DNA of 64,000 nt from Candidatus Curtissbacteria bacterium RIFCSPLOWO2_02_41_11 (GTDB taxonomy: Bacteria > Patescibacteriota > Microgenomatia > Curtissbacterales > GWA2-41-24): the NCBI GenBank assembly GCA_001775055.1, contig MFBU01000007.1, positions 1,683-65,682 of the forward strand. Direction: 5' to 3'. A program made the position numbers and the translations under genes. Shown here piece after piece: positions 17,743-25,841 of this stretch; positions within the stretch are counted from its first letter, which is position 1, and the number at the start of each line of letters is the position of its first letter. The notes under the pieces are model-generated. The model did not search any database and was not told the DNA's origin. It saw nothing but the letters and a program-made list of their open reading frames with translations.

Positions 17743-18635
17743 ATCGCTTGATAACCTTTATTTTCTATTTCCCTTGCAAGCGATAATCTTCCCGATTTAA
17801 CAATCTTCCCCTCCACCATCACATGCACAAAATCAGGTTTTAAGTATTTGAGGATTCGAGCGTAATGGGTTATTAGAAGGACGGATGAACGCGGATTATT
17901 AAATCTAAACTGATTAATCGCGGATGAGACAAGCTTAAGTCCATCAACATCAAGTCCAGAGTCAATTTCGTCCAAGATCACCAATTTCGGCGAAAGGGCC
18001 ATCATTTGCAAAATTTCACTTCTTTTTTTCTCTCCCCCGGAAAAACCTTCATTTAAAGAGCGCCGCAGGAAATCATCAGAAAGTCTTAAAGACGAAGCGT
18101 ATTCAAGTAGTTCCTGACGAAATGCTGAAAGACTGCGGGTGGCAGTGGCGGAGGGGGTCCCATCGAGCGCCCGCAGACCAACCAAGGATTGTTGATTGCG
18201 TTTCGAATTAGACTTGGTCGAGGACGTCGGATGGGACGAGCCGCTGACAGGACCCGAAATCGATTGCTTTGCTCTTCTTAAAACATTAAACACGCTGACC
18301 CCCGGCACCTCTACTGGATGCTGAAATCCCAAAAAAATCCCCAATTTTGCCCGTTTGTCCGGAGTTAATTTTGTAATATCCTCTCCGTTAAATGTTATCG
18401 GTGAACTGCTTGCCCCTCGAAGCTTTAGCGGAGTGGGGTCAATTGTGAATTGCGGGGCACCCGCAATTACCTGTGCCAGCGTGCTTTTGCCACTGCCATT
18501 TGGCCCCATCAACACATGAAGTTCGCCAGCCTTGACCTCAAGGTCAATCCCTTTTAAGATCTCCTGCTTGCCCGCCATAACTTTAGTGGAGGTGGAACCT
18601 TTGATTGAAACTTTTAAATTGTTAATTTTAAGCAC
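17733..18635 (-). CDS. sufC: Fe-S cluster assembly ATPase SufC (with ~128-bp in-frame repeat insertion)
   Basis: Walker A 'GPNGSGKST', ABC signature 'GFSGGEKKR', Walker B 'LVILDEIDSGLD', H-loop 'ITHY'; likely GTG start at 18635 preceded by AAGGAG (ORF track extends to 18695). Confidence 0.9.
   Translation of the reverse strand: MLKINNLKVSIKGSTSTKVMAGKQEILKGIDLEVKAGELHVLMGPNGSGKSTLAQVIAGAPQFTIDPTPLKLRGASSSPITFNGEDITKLTPDKRAKLGIFLGFQHPVEVPGVSVFNVLRRAKQSISGPVSGSSHPTSSTKSNSKRNQQSLVGLRALDGTPSATATRSLSAFRQELLEYASSLRLSDDFLRRSLNEGFSGGEKKRSEILQMMALSPKLVILDEIDSGLDVDGLKLVSSAINQFRFNNPRSSVLLITHYARILKYLKPDFVHVMVEGKIVKSGRLSLAREIENKGYQAINF
18133..18260. repeat. dispersed element inserted in-frame in sufC (same family and frame as 27346-27484 in tkt)
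   Basis: shares 'tgcgggtggcagtgg...gagg' start and 'ctgacaggacccgaaat' end with tkt copy; encodes 'ISGPVSGSSHPTSS...SATATRS'. Confidence 0.7.
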
Positions 18636-18811
18636 CTTCTCTCTCCTTTCCTTTACCTGCCTCTGCCCAAGCACGTGTTCCCTGAATTTCCGCAAGCGGA
18701 CGCAAAGTTAAACCCGTTCCTTCTTCAAGCCTGCGTCTTGACTGACCCCAAACCATTAAAGCTATCCGTCTCTGTGCCGCCTGTTGTTGACAAAGTGTAT
18801 TTTCAATTCTT

Positions 18812-19216
18812 CTATTCACCATCCACCCCCTTTGCACCTACCAAATCCGCCACTGTTTTCTTTCCTAAGGTTGCCTCCATTTGTTTTTTCATCTGCTGCC
18901 ACATTTCGCCGGCACCACAGGTGCACTCGTGACCTTCTTCAAAACATTTGCCTTCGATTAAGTCCCCTTCCAAAACCTTTAAAACATCAAGAAGTTTTAT
19001 TTCATCTGATTCCCTAGCCAAAGTGTAGCCCCCAGAAATACCTTCCTTAGAAGATAAAATTCCGGCCTTTTTAAGCTCATTGGCCACTTGGGATAAAAAT
19101 TTAGGGGATATTTGATTTTTCTGGGCTATTGCAGAAATTGGAATGAGTTTTTTTGATCGGGCAAGACTGGAAAGAAGCATCAATCCGTAATCAGCTTTTT
19201 GGGAAAGTCGAAACAT
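18812..19216 (-). CDS. Rrf2 family transcriptional regulator (IscR/SufR-like)
   Basis: 134 aa; N-terminal wHTH 'ADYGLMLLSSLAR', C-terminal Cys cluster 'CFEEGHECTCG'; directly upstream of sufCB.. Confidence 0.8.
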   Translation of the reverse strand: MFRLSQKADYGLMLLSSLARSKKLIPISAIAQKNQISPKFLSQVANELKKAGILSSKEGISGGYTLARESDEIKLLDVLKVLEGDLIEGKCFEEGHECTCGAGEMWQQMKKQMEATLGKKTVADLVGAKGVDGE

Positions 19217-19268
19217 AACTACTACTACTTTAGTGGAAGTTTAAAGGAAAAAAATACTGGTGTCAACT

Positions 19269-20327
19269 TTATTTTATGGGGACTTCTTTTCCCTTAAAAA
19301 CTTCATCATAGCCTTGTCTGAAAGAACAGACTAAAATTCCCGACTGCTCCCCCCTCGCTAAACCCGCATCTACATATCTACCCATCCAAACCATAGTATC
19401 TGCTGCTTCTATATAATCGGCTTCCCGCTCAATCCGCAATTCAATAGGTGAAACAGTATCCAGATCAACAATTCGACAATCCAAAGTTATGTTATGCGGT
19501 GTCAAATAACCATGCTTCAACCCCATGTTATGCATAGTCGCAACATTTTCTCCTAAAGTTTTACCAAACCACCCTAAAAATTCCTCGTTTGTAAACTCTC
19601 TTGCCTCCTCCGCCTCAACCATTCTCTTAGCATCGCTAACTAAGAGTCTATCCAAGAAAGGGTAATGATAAGGATCTTGAATCCTAGATCTAACTCCGAA
19701 GGCTCTCACCAAAATTACAGGTTTGAAACCGAAGTCTATAATATTATTTTCGATTGCCTCTACCAATTTCCAATTTTCTCGGTCAAGTCCTCTGTGAACA
19801 ACAAGTTCTTCCAAGCCAATAATTGCTAAGACTTTTGGAGTTCTAATACCAGCAAATAACAATTCCTCACTTACTTGCCATTCGTAAAATGCAGAATCTT
19901 CATCTAAAAGCCCTTCTCTTCTACCATCTTCTCTAATATGACCTGGGCCACTAACTCCCCATGGGCCGACAGAACCTATTCCTTTTAAATCAACATCCCT
20001 ATAAATTCTTCCTTGTTTATCACAAAATAGGACCCTGCCAAGAATCGCCGTACGGCCATGACCCTCGTAAGTTTCGAGATTCAAACAACCAGAAATTCTA
20101 CCAGAAGCATCGTGAACTAAACACCTGGCAAAAACTCCAAGGGTAGAAGCTTTTCCCTCCACCAGTGAAAAAGGGGTGTAAACATCCCCATTGACAGCTA
20201 GAACCTTATTTCTGACCGGAGTAAAGACAGTTAAATAATCGCCCAATCTTTGGGCAACAAGTTGTTCCAACTTTTGTCCTTCCCCTACAGGAAGCCTGTT
20301 AATTAATCCTATTTCAGATTCAACCAT
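19269..20327 (-). CDS. hypothetical protein with protein-kinase-like (RIO/Kdo-kinase/APH-like) C-terminal region, catalytic Asp replaced
   Basis: 352 aa; 'LKHGYLTPHNITL...RIVDLDT' resembles kinase catalytic loop 'HGDLxxxN' + 'IDF/DLD' metal-binding motif but with D->Y. Confidence 0.3.
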   Translation of the reverse strand: MVESEIGLINRLPVGEGQKLEQLVAQRLGDYLTVFTPVRNKVLAVNGDVYTPFSLVEGKASTLGVFARCLVHDASGRISGCLNLETYEGHGRTAILGRVLFCDKQGRIYRDVDLKGIGSVGPWGVSGPGHIREDGRREGLLDEDSAFYEWQVSEELLFAGIRTPKVLAIIGLEELVVHRGLDRENWKLVEAIENNIIDFGFKPVILVRAFGVRSRIQDPYHYPFLDRLLVSDAKRMVEAEEAREFTNEEFLGWFGKTLGENVATMHNMGLKHGYLTPHNITLDCRIVDLDTVSPIELRIEREADYIEAADTMVWMGRYVDAGLARGEQSGILVCSFRQGYDEVFKGKEVPIK

Positions 20328-20408
20328 AAATTTAAATGGAAATTATAGGATAATTTAGGAATTTAAGCAAATTCCTGTGCCTGAAGCCATTTCTCCGGTT
20401 CGACACTT

Positions 20409-20666
20409 TCAATACGTCTTTGAAGTGCGTCTCACTATCGAAGTAACAATCACCTTTTTTACCTCAATATAATAAAAAATCCGATAATCACCCACTCTTA
20501 GACGATAACCCTCTGTCAATTTTTTAATATGCTTGCCATCTGCTATATAGGGCTTGGTTGATAACTTGCCAAGCATTGATTCCAGAATTTTGTCTTGGAT
20601 TGATTTTGGAAATGATCTTAGCTGTTTTAAAGCGGATTTTTTGACAAAAACTTCAAACTTTTCCAC
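20409..20666 (-). CDS. type II toxin, RelE/ParE family
   Basis: 85 aa; 'YRLRVGDYRIFYYIE...VIVTSIVRRTSKTY' typical ParE/RelE; overlaps upstream antitoxin by 14 bp. Confidence 0.75.
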   Translation of the reverse strand: MEKFEVFVKKSALKQLRSFPKSIQDKILESMLGKLSTKPYIADGKHIKKLTEGYRLRVGDYRIFYYIEVKKVIVTSIVRRTSKTY

Positions 20667-20916
20667 TGATTATATCTTTGAGGAAAAAAGCTTTTTCTTT
20701 GGCAGTTCTCTTTTTTGATTTGGTCATTTCAAGCTCTTCCCATAGAGCCTCGTTTTCCTCCATTATCGATTGATAACGGTCTGGAGATAAAATGACAGAA
20801 ACTTTGTCGGTATTTTTGGTAACCAAAACGACTTCGTTTTTTCTGCGAATTTGATCAAATACTCTTTTGGCGTCGCGTCTTATATCGGTGATACTTTTCA
20901 AGACCGGTAATTGCAT
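20653..20916 (-). CDS. type II antitoxin, Phd/YefM family
   Basis: start taken at ATG 20916 (ORF-track Met at 20934 is TTG inside the promoter); 'DKVSVILSPDRYQSIMEENEAL' Phd/YefM-like. Confidence 0.7.
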   Translation of the reverse strand: MQLPVLKSITDIRRDAKRVFDQIRRKNEVVLVTKNTDKVSVILSPDRYQSIMEENEALWEELEMTKSKKRTAKEKAFFLKDIISGKV

Positions 20917-20924
20917 AACAAAAT

Positions 20925-20955
20925 TATTATACAAATTTATCTACAAATTTGTCAA
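20925..20955 (-). promoter_or_regulatory. sigma70-like promoter (TTGACA-17-TGTATAAT) for phd/parE, with direct/palindromic 'acaaatttgt' repeats (probable antitoxin operator)
   Basis: read on minus strand: 'attgacaaatttgtagataaatttgtataat'; near-leaderless ATG 9 nt downstream. Confidence 0.55.
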
Positions 20956-21075
20956 TAATTTAAGTCACTCCTGCACCTCAACCCCCTCCGAATCTTATCG
21001 CTCACCTTTCCACTATTATTCATAGACAGCTCCCGGAGCGATTTTTGGAGGGCAGGCACTTTTCCGCCTTTATAA

Positions 21076-22032
21076 TTACTCTTGACTTTCTATCCAACGT
21101 TCCGCCTCAAGGGCTGCCTGGCAACCATAGCCGGCAGCGGTCACTGCCTGGCGATAGTGGTAATCATGAACATCTCCGGCCACAAAAACACCTTCAACCG
21201 AAGTCATCATATTGTACTGATTTCGGATCTCGGATTTCGGATTTCGGATTTTTTTAACATATCCCTTCTCATCTAGCTCAATTTGCCCGCGAAAAATATC
21301 AGTCATCGGATGATGTCCGATGGCCACAAACATACCGTCAATAGCCAGCTCTCTGGCCGATCCGTCCTGCTTATTCTTAATCTTGATCCCCTCCACTTTG
21401 TCTTTCCCCAAAACATCCATAACCTCGCTATTTAATATAAAGGAAATCTTCTTGTTGGCGCGTGCCCGATCAAGCATGATTTTGGAAGCACGGAATTGTT
21501 CTCTCCTATGAACAATGGATACATCAGTTGCAAACTTAGTTAAAGTCAGCGCTTCCTCCATGGCGCTGTCTCCGCCACCAACCACTACTACCTTTTTGTC
21601 TTTAAAAAACCAAGCATCGCAGGGAGCACAGGAAGAAACCCCGCGGCCAATTAATTTTTGCTCATTTGGCAAACCTAACCAATTAGTTTCGGCACCGGTG
21701 GCAATAATGACAGCTCTTGCCTGATAAACTTTTTGGCCGACAGAGACTTTAAATGGCTTGGCCTTAAAGTCAACTTTGGAAACATCCTCATTCAAAATTT
21801 CGGCGCCGAATCTCTCTGCTTGTTTACGAAAAACAGTCATCAGCTCGGGTCCCAATATCCCATCAACAAAACCGGGATAATTTTCAACCTCGGTTGTCAG
21901 CATTAACTGCCCTCCCCATTTGACACCTGCCAAAACCAATGGTTTCAAATCCGCGCGCGCAGTGTACAAAGCAGCCGTTAATCCTGCCGGACCAGAGCCG
22001 ATGATGACGACATTGCGGATATCATTACTCAT
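21076..22032 (-). CDS. trxB: thioredoxin-disulfide reductase
   Basis: 318 aa; 'VVIIGSGPAGLTAALY', redox-active 'CAPCD', NADPH site 'VVVVGGGDSAMEEA'. Confidence 0.9.
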   Translation of the reverse strand: MSNDIRNVVIIGSGPAGLTAALYTARADLKPLVLAGVKWGGQLMLTTEVENYPGFVDGILGPELMTVFRKQAERFGAEILNEDVSKVDFKAKPFKVSVGQKVYQARAVIIATGAETNWLGLPNEQKLIGRGVSSCAPCDAWFFKDKKVVVVGGGDSAMEEALTLTKFATDVSIVHRREQFRASKIMLDRARANKKISFILNSEVMDVLGKDKVEGIKIKNKQDGSARELAIDGMFVAIGHHPMTDIFRGQIELDEKGYVKKIRNPKSEIRNQYNMMTSVEGVFVAGDVHDYHYRQAVTAAGYGCQAALEAERWIESQE

Positions 22033-22036
22033 AGTG

Positions 22037-22075
22037 ATTAAAAGGTATCACAGGTATCACAGGTATCACAAGTAT
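22037..22075. repeat. tandem 9-mer repeat (ggtatcaca)x4 immediately upstream of trxB start
   Basis: 'ggtatcacaggtatcacaggtatcacaagtatcacaagc'; related 'gtatcacgggtatcacgag' occurs inside tkt at 27318-27337. Confidence 0.7.
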
Positions 22076-22262
22076 CACAAGCGAAAAAATTTAGTGACAA
22101 AAATAAAATTGAAAATTATTCTAGAATTTCATTACCCGAATTTTTACCGAACCCGAATAATTGACGAAAAAAATAAAATTGATCACAATTTATACCCCGA
22201 TTTTAGCCTTTTTCGGGTAAAAATAAATCACTATTGACAGCTTTTAGTGCCCCTGACATAGA

Positions 22263-22889
22263 ATGTCACTCGTTATCATTATGCGTAAAATCGCAAAATA
22301 CTTTATCGCATCTTTTGCATTTTCTGTCCTTTTAACCACCGCAGTTCTTGCCCAAAATCCTGCTCCAATACTTGAGGTGGTTACACCCTCTGAGGGGCAA
22401 ACAATCTATGGAAATAAAGTTCCTATCCTTTTTTCTGTTGAAAATTTCCAACTGGTTGACTATCAAACAAATAAACTACTTCAAGCCGGACAAGGCCATA
22501 TCCATCTTTGGCTGGATGATTCAAATCCCACACCCGAATCGGCCGTCAAATTGACAAGTGACGAGTTTACTTTTTCCGATGTCGCCTACGGCAACCATAC
22601 ACTAAGAACCGAGCTGGTTAATAATAACCACACGTCACTTAACCCACCTTTTGTAACAACCGTCAGTTTTACAAATGAGGCGGTTGGCTCACCTTCACCG
22701 GTTGCTACTTCCGGCTTTGATAAAAACACGGCCTTGGTCATTCTGGTTGTCGTTGCTTTGGTAATTATTGCTGCTTGGTGGTACACGAAGGAAGAAGACG
22801 AAGAAACTAAGGCAGAGTCAAAGAGTCAAGGATCAAAGTCAAAAGTGACTAAGAAAAGAACAGTAAAAAAGTCTAAGGGTAATCGCTAA
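22263..22889 (+). CDS. hypothetical secreted protein with C-terminal TM helix and Lys-rich tail
   Basis: 208 aa, signal peptide, C-terminal 'ALVILVVVALVIIAAWWY' anchor; candidate promoter TTGACA...TAGAAT at 22236-22266. Confidence 0.35.
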   Translation: MSLVIIMRKIAKYFIASFAFSVLLTTAVLAQNPAPILEVVTPSEGQTIYGNKVPILFSVENFQLVDYQTNKLLQAGQGHIHLWLDDSNPTPESAVKLTSDEFTFSDVAYGNHTLRTELVNNNHTSLNPPFVTTVSFTNEAVGSPSPVATSGFDKNTALVILVVVALVIIAAWWYTKEEDEETKAESKSQGSKSKVTKKRTVKKSKGNR

Positions 22890-22910
22890 ACTCTTTAACA
22901 TTTGAATATC

Positions 22911-22954
22911 AAAAAAAACAGAAGCCCATCGCGTTTGACGTGGGCTTTTGTTTT
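22911..22954. terminator. bidirectional rho-independent terminator between convergent genes
   Basis: A8 run, hairpin 'agccca(tcgcgtttgacg)tgggct', then TTTTGTTTT. Confidence 0.65.
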
Positions 22955-22959
22955 GGGGA

Positions 22960-23535
22960 TCACAAAATGATTACGGTGGCAACAAGAAAATAAATTAATA
23001 AGCTAACAAAATCTTGTATTACTGTAGTAAACGGGCCTCCACCCAAAGCTGGGTCAATATTTTGTTTGAATAAAATCTCTGGAATAACTATGGCAACCAC
23101 AGGTGCAATAATTGTATTTATAAACATAGCAAAACCTACAGTTATAGCAGTTTCTGCTGACCTTAACCATATAAAAGCTGCTAAACCTAGTAATAAACTC
23201 AGAATAACACCCAAAAAACTCCCCACTAATATTTCTTTTGCCAAATATTTTGCGAAATTATCCTTAAAGGTGGACATATTTCTTATATAAATTGTTTCTG
23301 TTTGAGTCCCCACTGCATCACTTAAATAGACAATGACCGGTATAAAAAAGACAAGATAAAGGTTTGTAGACAGTACATTTTCAAACCTAGATACCAAAAA
23401 TGAAATAGCCAAACCGCCTATTAAACCCACAATTAGCCATGGCAGCCTTAAACGGACGAGAAGAACTGCCCGTTGATGAACATCATCAGTAATCGCAAAA
23501 TGCTTCGGACTCTTCATAACATTCCCTAAATCCAT
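22960..23535 (-). CDS. MgtE-family divalent cation transporter, membrane domain only
   Basis: 191 aa, 5 TM; C-terminal 'NIDPALGGGPFTTVIQDFVSLLIYFLVA' matches MgtE transmembrane-domain end. Confidence 0.5.
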   Translation of the reverse strand: MDLGNVMKSPKHFAITDDVHQRAVLLVRLRLPWLIVGLIGGLAISFLVSRFENVLSTNLYLVFFIPVIVYLSDAVGTQTETIYIRNMSTFKDNFAKYLAKEILVGSFLGVILSLLLGLAAFIWLRSAETAITVGFAMFINTIIAPVVAIVIPEILFKQNIDPALGGGPFTTVIQDFVSLLIYFLVATVIIL

Positions 23536-23592
23536 TTTATATTATTTAGACTTTGGAATTCGAACAGAATTAGGAGTGATTTTAATTCACTT

Positions 23593-24123
23593 TTAGACAT
23601 GCCTGTCGGCGACATGGCTTGCACCCCATGAAGCGGGCTTGGTGGCAACTTTAAAGCCGTTGGCCCTAATCATACCGACAATTTCGGCAATCATTGCGCG
23701 AGTTTCGCCATTTGGCCCAATGTCAACATGAATCTCCAGATTAATCCGCTCTGATTCTGCCTGTTCTGATTTGCCGGAGTTATTGTTAAACAAACCGATT
23801 TGGACAAAATCACCAACCAGTTTTTCAGCCAGAGTCAAAGAAATAATCGCCTCCTGCCAAATTCGCTGCCTCATTGAATGAAGATTGGTAATCTTTTGCC
23901 TGCCCCAAAAATAAATGCCGCCCCGACCTTTCTTGTGAACTACGACCGCCGAAACAAAATCGGCCAGCCCATTTTGAGCTTCCGAATCGGTACCGATTAT
24001 CACCTCATAAGAAGCCTTGGTATCGGCGCCTATAAAGGCAAGCATTTTTGAAAGGGCATCCTGCCAACTTAATTGGCCGTAAGTCGGACTATTAAAAGCT
24101 TCAGGTACAATTTTATTGGCCAT
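23593..24123 (-). CDS. hypothetical protein, possibly DUF458/YkuK RNase H-like family
   Basis: 176 aa; 'EVIIGTDSE' acidic motif and overall size reminiscent of YkuK-like proteins. Confidence 0.35.
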   Translation of the reverse strand: MANKIVPEAFNSPTYGQLSWQDALSKMLAFIGADTKASYEVIIGTDSEAQNGLADFVSAVVVHKKGRGGIYFWGRQKITNLHSMRQRIWQEAIISLTLAEKLVGDFVQIGLFNNNSGKSEQAESERINLEIHVDIGPNGETRAMIAEIVGMIRANGFKVATKPASWGASHVADRHV

Positions 24124-24139
24124 TTGGAAATGAATTGTA

Positions 24140-24215
24140 CTACCTCCACCTCGGGGGAGTCAAAGCCTGCCTACCGGCAGGCAGGTCCACCCCCAAGGTG
24201 ATTGCATATATGTAG
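24140..24215. repeat. GC-rich palindromic element ('cacctcggggg...gcctgcctaccggcaggcagg...cccccaaggtg')
   Basis: nested inverted repeats; the 'cctgcc..ggcagg' palindrome recurs at 8293, 35496, 51116. Confidence 0.5.
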
Positions 24216-24317
24216 GCTTAATACTAAAATCAAAATTGGATCTGGCGCGGCCTAGGCCAATTTTTTCCACTAAAGGAAGAGGAATACTAAGGGGAAACCT
24301 TGGTGTTCCCTTAGAGT

Positions 24318-24410
24318 AAAAAAAAAGACCCCATGTAGCATTGCGGGGTCTTTAAGAATACTGGCCAGTACTCAAACTGAAAGGGCTTTAGACCTAAAAA
24401 ATTAGGGTCT
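24318..24410 (-). ncRNA. candidate small RNA (~90 nt) with own promoter and intrinsic terminator
   Basis: minus-strand TTGACA(24440-24445)-17-CATAAT(24417-24422); internal hairpin 'gggttagacc...ggtctaaagccc'; terminator hairpin 'gaccccgcaatgctacatggggtc' + U9; no ORF. Confidence 0.4.
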
Positions 24411-24485
24411 AACCCATTATGAGCAAAGCTGAATTTAGATGTCAATATACAACAATAATCAAATGCTATAATAAAAAAGTAAAGT

Positions 24486-24752
24486 ATGCTTAAACCTCAG
24501 GCCTTGGCCAATAGCTTTGTTTTAACTACCGCCACTTTATACATTTTTTTATATTTGCTTAAACTTGTCGCTCCACCATTTTTCAGGCTTCTTATCAATA
24601 GTCAGTTTCTGGGAGCGGATATCGCCTCCCAAGTGCCAAAATTTAGCCTTGTAAACTTTGTGGGCATCTTAATTGCTGTTTGTGTAGTTGCTTGGGTATT
24701 TGGCTATCTTTTAGCTTCAATCTACAATCGTCTGGCTGAAAAAAAACCTTAG
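24486..24752 (+). CDS. hypothetical small membrane protein
   Basis: 88 aa, 2 TM; TATAAT at 24466. Confidence 0.3.
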   Translation: MLKPQALANSFVLTTATLYIFLYLLKLVAPPFFRLLINSQFLGADIASQVPKFSLVNFVGILIAVCVVAWVFGYLLASIYNRLAEKKP

Positions 24753-24809
24753 AATTTTGACCATTATCCCGCTATAAGTTATTGACAGTTCCCTTTTCAT
24801 ATGTTAAAC

Positions 24810-24858
24810 TTGACATCCTCGAATATTTGTATTAGAATTCTAATAGTTAGAATTCTAA
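24810..24858 (+). promoter_or_regulatory. MarR promoter (TTGACA-17-TAGAAT) overlapped by two 12-bp palindromes TTAGAATTCTAA (putative MarR operator)
   Basis: 'ttgacatcctcgaatatttgtattagaattctaatagttagaattctaa' followed by GGGAGG RBS and ATG 24878. Confidence 0.6.
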
Positions 24859-24877
24859 CTAATTGTGGGAGGCGGTT

Positions 24878-25348
24878 ATGGTAAAGCACACATTTGTCTT
24901 CCATGTAATCGGTCTTGCTAAAAAGATTCAGAAGGTTATTGGCTTTAAATCACCCCCCTTTTCTCTATCCTATTCCGAAGCCTCTGCCCTTTTGACTATT
25001 GACTCACAAAAAGATATCAATCAGCGGGAAATTGCCGCCAGACTCCACCTTGAACCTGCCTCCGTTGTCAGCCTAATTGATGAATTGGAAAAGGCAAATC
25101 TGGTCAAAAGAGAATCGCCAGACCAAGACCGCCGCAAATACCATATTGTTCTTACTGCCGCAGGAAGAAGAAAACTTCGGCAAATCAAAACTCGGGCCTT
25201 CCAACTCGACAACACCCTAAGAAGCAAACTTAAAGCTAAAGAAGTCGCTAGTTTCTTTGCAACTTTGGAAAAACTAATGGCCTATCTTGACGATTGGAAA
25301 GGAGGTGAAAATGAAATACCCGGCACTAAGCGACATTTGGCGCCTTGA
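24878..25348 (+). CDS. MarR family transcriptional regulator
   Basis: wHTH 'QREIAARLHLEPASVVSLIDELEKANLVKRESPDQDRRKYHIVLTAAG'. Confidence 0.8.
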   Translation: MVKHTFVFHVIGLAKKIQKVIGFKSPPFSLSYSEASALLTIDSQKDINQREIAARLHLEPASVVSLIDELEKANLVKRESPDQDRRKYHIVLTAAGRRKLRQIKTRAFQLDNTLRSKLKAKEVASFFATLEKLMAYLDDWKGGENEIPGTKRHLAP

Positions 25349-25775
25349 TTTTGTATCAAGACCCAAAACGGTAACGCAACATGCGCATAATGGTCAATCG
25401 CGTGTGCTTGCCCGTGTTCGCCAAATCTTCCCGCTGACGCTTTTTACAGACGAGCTAATTGTAGAGGAGTTAAGAATAATTTGGTTTAGAAGAAAGGGTC
25501 CATGGTCCAATGAGGTGATTTCAATTATGGCAACTGATATTGCCTGCGTGAATGCTTCAAGCGGCCCGTTTTTTGGTGAGATTCATATCAAAAGTTTAAC
25601 GGGCGGTCCAGAGATTATGGTAGACAACCTGCTAAGACGCGACGTCTACAAAATTAGAAGCTTAGTCGAGGGAATTGCCCTGTCGGCAAGAGAAGGCTTA
25701 ACAATTGAAGACACCAGTCTTGATGTTGAAAAGCAAAATTTGCTAAGGGCAGGCAACATTCCGCAAATGACCTAA
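25311..25775 (+). CDS. hypothetical protein (co-transcribed with MarR)
   Basis: ORF overlapping marR 3' end; no recognised domain. Confidence 0.3.
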   Translation: MKYPALSDIWRLDFVSRPKTVTQHAHNGQSRVLARVRQIFPLTLFTDELIVEELRIIWFRRKGPWSNEVISIMATDIACVNASSGPFFGEIHIKSLTGGPEIMVDNLLRRDVYKIRSLVEGIALSAREGLTIEDTSLDVEKQNLLRAGNIPQMT

Positions 25776-25841
25776 GGCTGTAAAATGAGCTTTGATCGTA
25801 ATAATGAGGTGTAAGACACCCTATATATATTTTGAAAAAAA

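Noticed and set aside
16234-18695. Inteins in SufB/SufC explaining the extra length
   Set aside because: The extra segments are 40-55 aa, far below minimal intein size, and lack intein motif blocks. They coincide with nucleotide-level dispersed repeats instead.
22037-22075. Possible CRISPR array
   Set aside because: The repeats are contiguous 9-mers with no spacers and no cas genes nearby. No other region of the window has regularly spaced direct repeats separated by unique spacers.
24140-24215. SRP (4.5S) RNA, because of the 'caggcaggtcc' resemblance to the conserved 'CAGGUCAGGUCC' region
   Set aside because: The downstream 'GGAAGGAAGCAGC' domain-IV motif is absent on either strand. The segment is better explained as a member of the 'cctgcc..ggcagg' palindromic repeat family.
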